NCBI GenBank assembly: GCA_024636075.1
Contig: JAGXHS010000173.1
Span: forward strand, 1-45,966
Direction of reading: 5' to 3'
DNA from: Propionibacteriaceae bacterium
GTDB lineage: Bacteria; Actinomycetota; Actinomycetes; Propionibacteriales; Propionibacteriaceae
Length of the DNA stretch: 45,966 nt
The stretch's first letter is position 1. Each line of letters starts with the position of its first letter. Shown one piece after another: positions 10,326-17,488 of the stretch. The notes under the pieces were generated by a model. That model was not told the origin of the DNA and did not search any database. It worked only from the letters and a program-made list of their open reading frames with translations. The translations under genes were made by a program, and so were the position numbers.

Positions 10326-11060
10326 ATGTTTACGCATCGAAACGACCCCGAATCCAACCAGGGTGTCGGGGGTTGCTTCACTGACCGAGAAGGCGGTTTG
10401 ACGCTAGGATCCATGGGTTCGCTCAACCTGGGGCGGGACGACGTCGATCCATTGGCGGGGGACAACCGGGCACTGCTGCGTGATCGTATCGCGGTGGAGC
10501 GCATCGTCACCCTCCGTCAGGTGCATTCGAATCGGGTCGTGATTGTCGACGCGGCGTCGCTGACCAACCTCGACGATCCCGAGGCTGACTCCATGGTCAC
10601 GAGAATGTCAGACGTCGGGTTGGCGATCCGGGTGGCGGACTGCGTCCCGGTGTTGTTGGCGGATCAGCAGGCCGGGGTGCTTGGGGCCGCTCATGCCGGG
10701 CGAGCCGGAATGCAGAGTGGTGTGGTGGGCAACACCGTGGATCGTATGCGCGAGCTAGGGGCAGATCGAATCATCGCCTGGGTAGGGCCCCACATCTGCG
10801 GGGGGTGCTACGAGGTGCCTGAGCAGATGGCAGCCGACGTTGCCCGAACCCATCCGGGGGCGGCGTCGCGGACTCGCTGGCACACTCCCTCGGTGGATCT
10901 CGCCGCCGGCGTCGCCGCTGACCTGCAGGACGCGGGAGCGACCGCCACGTGGCTCAATCCCTGCACGTTTGAGGTTGCCGCATTGCATTCGCATCGGCGC
11001 GACGGTGCGGGGGCAGGAAGACTCGCAGGAGTGATTTGGCGCGTGTCGCCGCGAGGCTGA
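10326..11060 (+). CDS. pgeF: Peptidoglycan editing factor PgeF / YfiH (DUF152 laccase-domain protein)
   Basis: 244 aa with CFTDREGG..SLNLG, LRQVHSNRVV, ADCVPVLL and GAAHAGRAG motifs of the YfiH/YlmD family. Immediately downstream of ftsZ, as ylmD is in Gram-positives. Confidence 0.85.
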   Translation: MFTHRNDPESNQGVGGCFTDREGGLTLGSMGSLNLGRDDVDPLAGDNRALLRDRIAVERIVTLRQVHSNRVVIVDAASLTNLDDPEADSMVTRMSDVGLAIRVADCVPVLLADQQAGVLGAAHAGRAGMQSGVVGNTVDRMRELGADRIIAWVGPHICGGCYEVPEQMAADVARTHPGAASRTRWHTPSVDLAAGVAADLQDAGATATWLNPCTFEVAALHSHRRDGAGAGRLAGVIWRVSPRG

Positions 11061-11118
11061 CCGGGCTCGGGCGTTGCACACGGTAACCTCGGAGCCGACG
11101 TCAATACAGGAGTGCACC

Positions 11119-11601
11119 ATGGCTGACAGCATCAAGAAGGCCGCCCGTTGGCTGGGGCTGGTCGAGGATCCCCGCTACGACTTCGACCAGAACGATGAAG
11201 AGCTCACCGAAGCCGTCTCCGGCGGGGACAACTCCTCGGAGGTGACGCCGATCTCGGAGCGACGCAGCGAACCCGCCACGAACGCAGAGCCGTTCACCAA
11301 CCCGGTGCCGCACACTGCAGACCTGACCCGCATCATCACGGTTCACCCGCGCACCTACAACGAGGCACGCACGATCGGGGAACACTTCCGCGACAATGTG
11401 CCGGTGATCATGAACCTGTCCGAGATGGAGGACTCCGATGCCAAGCGTCTGGTCGACTTCTCCGCTGGCTTGATCTTTGGGCTTCGCGGTACGATCGAGC
11501 GCATCACCCGCAAGGTGTTCCTGCTGTCGCCCAACAACGTCAACGTCACGGCGGAGGACAAGGAACGGATTGCCGCGGGCGGTTTCTTCAACCAGAGCTG
11601 A
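11119..11601 (+). CDS. sepF: Cell division protein SepF
   Basis: Track ORF trimmed to ATG 11119, 6 nt after CAGGAG (11107-11112). 160 aa starting MADSIKKAARWLGLVED, with a disordered linker and then a conserved C-domain (ITVHPRTYNEARTIGEHFRDNVPVIMNL). Confidence 0.85.
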   Translation: MADSIKKAARWLGLVEDPRYDFDQNDEELTEAVSGGDNSSEVTPISERRSEPATNAEPFTNPVPHTADLTRIITVHPRTYNEARTIGEHFRDNVPVIMNLSEMEDSDAKRLVDFSAGLIFGLRGTIERITRKVFLLSPNNVNVTAEDKERIAAGGFFNQS

Positions 11602-11607
11602 GGTAAC

Positions 11608-11904
11608 GTGGTAGTCGTAGGCGCCATCATCGGGAACCTGTTGAACCTGTACCTGTTCCTGTTCTTCCTCAGGGTGATCCTCAGTTGGTTGCAAGTCCTG
11701 ATGCAGCAGGACTTCGCGCCGACTGGTGGGCTACTGGTGGTGTTCGAGTTCATCTACTCTGCCACCGATCCACCGATCGACTTCTTTGAGCGGTTTCTGC
11801 CCCCGGTGCGCTTCGGCAGGGTTGCGATCTCGTTGGGTTTCATGGCTGCGGTGTTGAGCGTCTTGATCGCGCAACGGGTGAATTACGCGATCTTCGCTGG
11901 CTGA
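11608..11904 (+). CDS. yggT: YggT/YlmG family small membrane protein
   Basis: 98 aa with two hydrophobic segments (LYLFLFFLRVILSW motif). Lies between sepF and divIVA as expected for this family. Confidence 0.8.
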   Translation: MVVVGAIIGNLLNLYLFLFFLRVILSWLQVLMQQDFAPTGGLLVVFEFIYSATDPPIDFFERFLPPVRFGRVAISLGFMAAVLSVLIAQRVNYAIFAG

Positions 11905-11914
11905 GAGCTGCTGC

Positions 11915-11944
11915 TTGTCGCTCTGATCTCGGCTGGAGTAGCCT
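11915..11944 (+). promoter_or_regulatory. Candidate promoter for divIVA (TTGTCG-18 nt-TAGCCT)
   Basis: Hexamers at 11915-11920 and 11939-11944 in the yggT-divIVA spacer. Pattern only. Confidence 0.25.
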
Positions 11945-11976
11945 GATGGCGACATCCTCAGAACCCAGGAGTTTCG

Positions 11977-12846
11977 ATGAGATTGACGCTGGACGACGTC
12001 AAGAATGCAAAGTTCCCGATCGACAAGGAAACCAATTGCTACCACTACGCCCCCGTCGACAAGTTCCTGGACAACCTGGAAGTCACCTGGGCCGAGCTGC
12101 TCAACGAGAACGAGCGGCTGAAGGCGCAACTGGCTGCTGCTCCTGAACCGTCCGAGGGTTCCGAGTCCACGTCGGCCGACGCTGACGCTGCCGGTGAACC
12201 GACCGCGGAGAACGCCGCGCTGAGGGCCGAGATCGAATCGTTGAAGGCGGAGCTGGAGGCCGCGCGGAATCAGCAGTCGAGCGATGCCCAGCCAGCCCCT
12301 GACGGCGAGCAGGCAGCAGCGGGCCCCGAGCGAGTGGTCGTCACCAGCTCTGCGGAGGCGAGCCCTGCGGTCACCCGTCTGGTTCAACTCGCCACCGAGC
12401 AGGCTGAGTCCGTGGTGCAGGAAGCTGACGCCGAAGCTCGCCGCAAGCTGGACGAGGCGAACCGCCAGGTGCACGAGCTGACGGTCGACGCCCAGACGCG
12501 TGCCGATCGCGTCGAGTCAGAGGCGCGAACCAATGCCGATCAGCTGGCCGCTGAAGCCAAGGCCAACTCCGACCAGGTGAACGCTGACGCCCTGGCCCGT
12601 CGGCACCAGCTCTTCGACGTGTTGGAGACCGAACAGCAGGAGTTGCAGGGCAAAGTTGGTGAGTTGCGCGCCTTTGAGGCCGATTACCGCAGCACCCTGG
12701 TGGCACATTTCCAGAGCCACATCGACCAGTTGTCCCAGGAACACCTCGAACCAACCGGAGATCCGGGCGAGCCGGGGGCTTCAGCGACACCGCGTCTTGA
12801 CGCCCTGCTTGCCGAAAGCGAGGGGCTTGCCGAGAGCGAAATCTGA
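11977..12846 (+). CDS. divIVA: DivIVA/Wag31 polar-growth coiled-coil protein
   Basis: 289 aa. N-terminal MRLTLDDVKNAKF lipid-binding-domain signature followed by long Ala/Glu/Gln-rich coiled-coil. CAGGAG lies 5 nt upstream of the ATG. Confidence 0.85.
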   Translation: MRLTLDDVKNAKFPIDKETNCYHYAPVDKFLDNLEVTWAELLNENERLKAQLAAAPEPSEGSESTSADADAAGEPTAENAALRAEIESLKAELEAARNQQSSDAQPAPDGEQAAAGPERVVVTSSAEASPAVTRLVQLATEQAESVVQEADAEARRKLDEANRQVHELTVDAQTRADRVESEARTNADQLAAEAKANSDQVNADALARRHQLFDVLETEQQELQGKVGELRAFEADYRSTLVAHFQSHIDQLSQEHLEPTGDPGEPGASATPRLDALLAESEGLAESEI

Positions 12847-12857
12847 GGCGCCGCCTT

Positions 12858-12895
12858 GTGGATGGGTGTATGGTTCCACCTTGACATCCATCCAC
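12858..12895 (+). terminator. Stem-loop downstream of divIVA (12-bp stem with one G-U pair, 14-nt loop); no U tract
   Basis: GTGGATGGGTGT (12858-12869) pairs with ACATCCATCCAC (12884-12895). It begins 12 nt after the divIVA stop. Confidence 0.4.
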
Positions 12896-12919
12896 CACTG
12901 ATCCTGCGAGGAAACTGAC

Positions 12920-13351
12920 ATGTCAAAGGCGGCAGCGGACCAGACGGCGCGCGGCAGTGCCACTCTTCCTGTCAGAGACGGGGAAGAGGCATGGACCAAT
13001 GAGGAAGTCGCCGAGCTGCGCACTGAACTCACCGACGAGATCGTCCGGATGCATCGCGCGATAGCCGCTGCGCAGGGCGAGTTGAAGGATCTCCTCCGCG
13101 AAGCTGGTGACGGGGCCGGGAGGGATCCCGCTGACGTCAGTTCGACGAACTTCGAGCGTGACCAGGAAATGTCCTTGGCCCAGAACGCCCGCGAAATGCT
13201 GGAGCAGGCCGAACTGGCGCTTCGTCTCTTCGCCAACGGTGAGTACGGGTACTGCGAGGTCTGCGAACAGCCAATCGGAAAAGCCCGGCTGCAGGCTTTC
13301 CCACGGGCGACCATGTGTGTGAAGTGCAAGCAGCGCGCCGAACGCCGCTGA
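12920..13351 (+). CDS. TraR/DksA-family C4 zinc-finger protein
   Basis: 143 aa. Coiled-coil N-part and a C-terminal CEVC-x17-CVKC zinc finger. GAGGA lies 7 nt upstream of the ATG. Precedes lspA, as commonly seen in actinobacteria. Confidence 0.8.
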   Translation: MSKAAADQTARGSATLPVRDGEEAWTNEEVAELRTELTDEIVRMHRAIAAAQGELKDLLREAGDGAGRDPADVSSTNFERDQEMSLAQNAREMLEQAELALRLFANGEYGYCEVCEQPIGKARLQAFPRATMCVKCKQRAERR

Positions 13352-13833
13352 GTCTGCTGCTGATCGTTGCCGGGATCGCAGTGCCGGGTGCGATTCTGGA
13401 TCAGCTCACCAAGCATCTTGCGGTGACCCGGCTCGATCCCAACCATCCGGTGGAACTGCTGGGTGGAATGCTCAGTCTGCGGCTCTTGCGCAATCCCGGT
13501 GCGGCGTTCTCGATGGGCACCTCGGCCACAGTGGGGCTCTCGGCGCTGGCAATCGTTGCCTTCTTCGCGGTGGTGTTGGTGGCTCTTCCCAGATTGCAGC
13601 GGAGGTCGTCTGCGGTGGCCGCAGGCATGGCGCTGGCAGGCATTGTCGGCAACCTGACCGATCGCCTGTTCCGGGAACCGGGCCCGATGCGTGGTCACGT
13701 GATTGATTTCTTCTCGGTTCCGCATTTCGCGGTGTTCAATGTCGCCGACATCTTCATCACCAGTACCGCCATCCTGTTGCTCGGGCAGGCGTTCCTCGGC
13801 CGGGAACCAGACGCCGTCGAGGAGGACCAGTGA
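13315..13833 (+). CDS. lspA: Lipoprotein signal peptidase (signal peptidase II)
   Basis: 172 aa with DQLTKHLAV, NPGAAFSMG and FNVADIFI motifs and four hydrophobic segments. The start is uncertain (GTG 13315 or GTG 13324). Either one overlaps the upstream gene by about 30-37 nt. Confidence 0.85.
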   Translation: MCEVQAARRTPLSLLLIVAGIAVPGAILDQLTKHLAVTRLDPNHPVELLGGMLSLRLLRNPGAAFSMGTSATVGLSALAIVAFFAVVLVALPRLQRRSSAVAAGMALAGIVGNLTDRLFREPGPMRGHVIDFFSVPHFAVFNVADIFITSTAILLLGQAFLGREPDAVEEDQ

Positions 13834-14750
13834 GCATCATGCTGGTCCCGGACGGCTTGGACGGTGAGCGCATCGACAGCGCAGCGGCGCGGATGACGGG
13901 GATGTCACGTGCCAGGATCGCCGATCTGCTGAACGGTGGGCAGATCCAGCTGGCGGGCGAGGTGGTGTCCAAGGCGTCCACCCGGGTCGCTGCCGGCATG
14001 ATGCTGGAGGTGTCGACGGACCAGCCGGTGCGGGTGGTGCAGCCCACGTACCGACTGGCTCCGGGACTGACGGTGATTCACCAGGACGCCGACATCGTCG
14101 TGCTGGACAAACCGGCAGGGGTGGCGGCGCACCCCTCGCTCGGCTGGGACGGGCCCAGCGTCACCGAACACTTGGCGGCGGCTGGGATCCGGATCGCCAC
14201 CGGCGGGGCGCCGGAGCGCCAGGGTGTGGTGCAACGCCTTGACGTCGGAACCAGCGGGCTGATGGTGCTGGCCCGCAGCGAGGTGGCGTATTCGGCCCTG
14301 AAACAAGCCTTCCGTGATCGCGTCGTGCACAAGGTCTACCTGGCGTTGGTACAGGGCCATCCCGACCCGTTCGAGGGCACCATCGACGCTCCAATCGGGC
14401 GCGACCGACGTCACGACTGGAAAATGGCCGTCACGCACGGGGGGCGAGCCAGCATCACGCACTACGAGACGGTGGAGGCGCACCGTGCAGCCACATTGCT
14501 GAAGGTGCACCTCGAATCGGGGCGAACCCACCAGATCCGGGTGCACCTGTCGGCTCTCGGGCACCCCTGCGTCGGTGATCCGTTGTACGGATCGGACCCC
14601 ACGCTGGCGGCGAAGCTCGGGTTGCAACGTCAGTGGCTGCACGCCAGCGAGCTCGGTTTCATCCACCCCCACAGCGGGGAAATGGTGCACTTCGCATCCC
14701 CGATTCCCCCGGATCTCGCTCTGGCACTGGCGAAGATACGCCCCGGATGA
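13830..14750 (+). CDS. rluD: RluA-family 23S rRNA pseudouridine synthase (RluD-like)
   Basis: 306 aa with an S4-like N-terminus, the catalytic motif VVQRLDVGTSGLMVLARS, and GRTHQIRVHL. GTGA overlap with the lspA stop. Confidence 0.85.
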   Translation: MSIMLVPDGLDGERIDSAAARMTGMSRARIADLLNGGQIQLAGEVVSKASTRVAAGMMLEVSTDQPVRVVQPTYRLAPGLTVIHQDADIVVLDKPAGVAAHPSLGWDGPSVTEHLAAAGIRIATGGAPERQGVVQRLDVGTSGLMVLARSEVAYSALKQAFRDRVVHKVYLALVQGHPDPFEGTIDAPIGRDRRHDWKMAVTHGGRASITHYETVEAHRAATLLKVHLESGRTHQIRVHLSALGHPCVGDPLYGSDPTLAAKLGLQRQWLHASELGFIHPHSGEMVHFASPIPPDLALALAKIRPG

Positions 14751-14774
14751 GTGACATTCCGATAGGGTTGGCGA

Positions 14775-16214
14775 GTGCGTAGAGCAAAGATAGTGTGTAC
14801 TCTCGGTCCGTCGGTTGACTCCCCGGAGCTGATGAAACAACTAGTCGAAGCCGGCATGGATGTCGCTCGGTTCAATATGAGCCATGGTGACCATGCCGAG
14901 CATCAGGGGCGCTTGGAGCGAACCCGCAAGGCCGCTGCGGATGCCGGGCGAACAGTCGGCATCCTGTGCGACCTGCAGGGTCCCAAGATCCGGTTGGGCA
15001 AATTCGCCGCCGGCCCCATCAAGGCTGGGGTGGGTGATCGGTTCACCATCACCATCGATGACATCCTCGGGGATCAGGACCGGTGCAGTACCACCTACAA
15101 GGGACTTCCCGGTGACGTCAAGCCCGGCGACGAAGTTCTCGTCGACGACGGCCGGGTGGCGTTGCGCGCGGTGGAGGTGACTGACACCGACGTCGTCTGC
15201 GAGGTGACCGTGGCTGGAACACTGAGCAACAACAAGGGCATCAATCTGCCGGGCGTTGCCGTCAGTGTTCCGGCGATGAGCCAGAAGGACGAGGACGATC
15301 TCCGCTGGGCGATCCAGCACAACGCCGACATGGTGGCGTTGTCCTTCGTGCGCAGTGCCGACGACATCACCCGCGTCCACGAGATCATGGACGACGAGGG
15401 TCGGCGGGTGCCGGTCATCGCCAAGCTCGAGAAGCCGCAGGCGATCGAGAACCTGGATGCCATCATCGACGCCTTCGACATGTTCATGGTGGCGCGTGGT
15501 GACCTCGGCGTCGAGCTGCCGCTCGAAGAGGTGCCCGTCGTGCAGAAGAGGATCATCAAGGCTGCTCGTCGCTGGGCCAAGCCGGTGATCGTGGCCACCC
15601 AGATGCTGGAGTCGATGATTTCGGCTCCTCGTCCGACGCGCGCCGAAGCCTCCGACGTCGCCAACGCCGTGTTGGACGGTGCCGACGCGGTGATGTTGTC
15701 TGGTGAGGTCTCTGTCGGTGACTATCCGATCGAGACGGTGCGGACGATGTCGCGGATCGTCGATGCGGTCGAGAATGAGGCTTTCAACGAAATCAGCATT
15801 CTCAACTGGGATCCGCACACCACCGGCGGGGTGGTCGCCTTCGCCGCCGCACAGGTGGCTGAGCGGCTGGACGCAAAGTATCTGGTGGCCTTCACCAAGT
15901 CCGGCGACACTGCGCGCAGGCTCTCCCGGCTGCGCTGCCGGATCCCGGTGCTGGTGTTCACGCCCGATGAATCCACGATGCGGTTGCTGACCGTGATGTG
16001 GGGTGCACACACCATCATGACGGAAGAGTTCACCAACAAGGACGACATGGCGGACTCGGTCGAGATTGAGCTGCGCAAACGGAACATGGTGGTCGACGGC
16101 GACCGGGTGGTGATCGTCTCCGGCTCCCCGATGCGGCTACCCGGAAATACCAACGCGCTCCGCGTGCACAAGATGCGTCCCCTGGCCGAGGATGGAAGCG
16201 TCGGCAGCAACTGA
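14775..16214 (+). CDS. pyk: Pyruvate kinase
   Basis: 479 aa with MRRAKIVCTLGP, FNMSHG and MVARGDLGVE motifs. GTG start. Confidence 0.95.
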   Translation: MRRAKIVCTLGPSVDSPELMKQLVEAGMDVARFNMSHGDHAEHQGRLERTRKAAADAGRTVGILCDLQGPKIRLGKFAAGPIKAGVGDRFTITIDDILGDQDRCSTTYKGLPGDVKPGDEVLVDDGRVALRAVEVTDTDVVCEVTVAGTLSNNKGINLPGVAVSVPAMSQKDEDDLRWAIQHNADMVALSFVRSADDITRVHEIMDDEGRRVPVIAKLEKPQAIENLDAIIDAFDMFMVARGDLGVELPLEEVPVVQKRIIKAARRWAKPVIVATQMLESMISAPRPTRAEASDVANAVLDGADAVMLSGEVSVGDYPIETVRTMSRIVDAVENEAFNEISILNWDPHTTGGVVAFAAAQVAERLDAKYLVAFTKSGDTARRLSRLRCRIPVLVFTPDESTMRLLTVMWGAHTIMTEEFTNKDDMADSVEIELRKRNMVVDGDRVVIVSGSPMRLPGNTNALRVHKMRPLAEDGSVGSN

Positions 16215-16216
16215 AG

Positions 16217-16299
16217 TGCCCGGGAGGGGAGTCGAACCCCTACAGCCTTGCGGCCAGACGGGTTTGAGCCGTCCGCGTATACCATTCCGCCACCCGGGC
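16217..16299 (-). tRNA. tRNA-Leu (anticodon CAA), type II with long variable arm; CCA not encoded
   Basis: The reverse complement reads GCCCGGGTGGCGGAATGGTATACGCGGACGGCTCAAACCCGTCTGGCCGCAAGGCTGTAGGGGTTCGACTCCCCTCCCGGGCA. Acceptor stem is GCCCGGG/CCCGGGC. Anticodon stem is GACGG/CCGTC with loop CT-CAA-AC. T arm is AGGGG-TTCGACT-CCCCT. Confidence 0.9.
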
Positions 16300-16419
16300 G
16301 AGCTCGTACATTCTGCCACACTCGCAGCCGAGGGTCATATTGCCGCGTGGACGTCGTCAGGCTCGTGAAGTAGTCTGGAGAGACGGTGGCGGAGGTCACC
16401 AGTGGAGTGGAGGAACATC

Positions 16420-17064
16420 GTGAGCGACGAAGCGCAATCCACTTCGGGCCGTGCCAAGCCGAGGGTTCTCGTTGCCGAGGATGAGGCGCTGATCAGGATG
16501 GATCTGGTCGAGCTCCTCACCGAGGAAGGCTATGACGTCGTCGGCCAGGCCGGTGACGGAGAGGCCGCCCTGGCCCTGGCCCGGGAGTTGGAGCCGGATC
16601 TGGTGGTGATGGACGTCAAGATGCCCAAGATGGATGGCATCACAGCAGCTGAGCTGATCGCCGAGGACCGGATAGCGCCGGTGGTGATGCTGACCGCCTT
16701 CAGCCAGCGGGATCTGGTCGAGAAGGCCCGCGAAGCAGGTGCCATGGCCTACGTGGTGAAGCCCTTCGATGCCTCGGATGTGGTGCCGGCGATCGAGATC
16801 GCGATGGGTCGTTTCGCAGAGATCCGCGCAGTGGAGGACGAGGTCGCAGATCTCGAGGAGCGATTGGAGTCACGCAAGGCCGTGGACCAGGCGAAGGGAC
16901 TGCTGATGCAGAGTCTCGGGCTCAGCGAACCGGAGGCGTTCCGCTGGATCCAGAAGACGGCCATGGACCTGCGCAAGTCGATGCGTGAGGTTGCCCAGGG
17001 CGTCATCGATCACGCCAAACAGTCCAAGAAACCGGCGAAGGCCCGCAAGCCCAGCGACGCCTGA
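16420..17064 (+). CDS. pdtaR: ANTAR-domain response regulator (PdtaR-like RNA-binding antiterminator)
   Basis: Receiver domain (VLVAEDEALIRMDL ... DLVVMDVKMPKMDG) plus ANTAR helix bundle (ESRKAVDQAKGLLMQSLGLSEPEAFRWIQKTAMD). GTG 16420 is preferred because it lies 6 nt after GGAGG (16409-16413). The track start, GTG 16402, is also possible. Confidence 0.85.
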   Translation: MSDEAQSTSGRAKPRVLVAEDEALIRMDLVELLTEEGYDVVGQAGDGEAALALARELEPDLVVMDVKMPKMDGITAAELIAEDRIAPVVMLTAFSQRDLVEKAREAGAMAYVVKPFDASDVVPAIEIAMGRFAEIRAVEDEVADLEERLESRKAVDQAKGLLMQSLGLSEPEAFRWIQKTAMDLRKSMREVAQGVIDHAKQSKKPAKARKPSDA

Positions 17065-17065
17065 A

Positions 17066-17479
17066 TCAGTCCTGATCCATCGGCAGCAGGGCACAGGTCA
17101 GACGACCGGTGGCGACACGCTGACCGTCGTCGTTGCGCAGGATCACCTCGTAGCAGGCTGAGGTCCTGCCCAAATGAATGGCGAGTGCCTCGCCGGTGAC
17201 CCAGCCATCGAAGGCTGCCTTGTGGTGTGTGACGTTCAGATCCACCCCCACCGGCATCCGGTCGGGTTGGCCGTGGCCCAAGGCGCCGATCGACGCCAGG
17301 GTCTCAACCAGTACCCCTGACGCCCCGCCATGCCAGAGTCCTGCCGGCTGCGTGTTGCCGCGGACTGGCATCCGTCCCACCACCCGCTCGGCGCTTGCCT
17401 CCAGCAGCTCGAAACGCATTTTCTCATCCAGTGCGCTGACCATTGCGCTGGCCCAATCGGGTAGGTTGCTGCCATCCAT
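17066..17479 (-). CDS. PaaI-family hotdog-fold thioesterase
   Basis: Only the C-terminal 137 aa of track ORF 17066-18343 is protein-like. It runs MDGSNLPDW...NTQPAGLWHGGASGVLVETLASIGA...TGRLTCALL, a PaaI/4HBT-type signature. ATG at 17479. The remainder of the track ORF is antisense to polA. Confidence 0.75.
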   Translation of the reverse strand: MDGSNLPDWASAMVSALDEKMRFELLEASAERVVGRMPVRGNTQPAGLWHGGASGVLVETLASIGALGHGQPDRMPVGVDLNVTHHKAAFDGWVTGEALAIHLGRTSACYEVILRNDDGQRVATGRLTCALLPMDQD

Positions 17480-17488
17480 GGCTCCACT

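Noticed and set aside
12881-12886. Perfect TTGACA hexamer upstream of the DksA/TraR-type gene as a -35 element.
   Set aside because: No acceptable -10 hexamer follows at 16-19 nt. The hexamer lies partly in the loop and partly in the 3' arm of the divIVA-distal hairpin, so its presence may be structural.
16217-16299. tRNA-Leu as an integration site for a genomic island.
   Set aside because: No integrase, direct repeat of the tRNA 3' end or foreign-looking genes flank it. Both neighbours (pyk and pdtaR) are conserved backbone genes.
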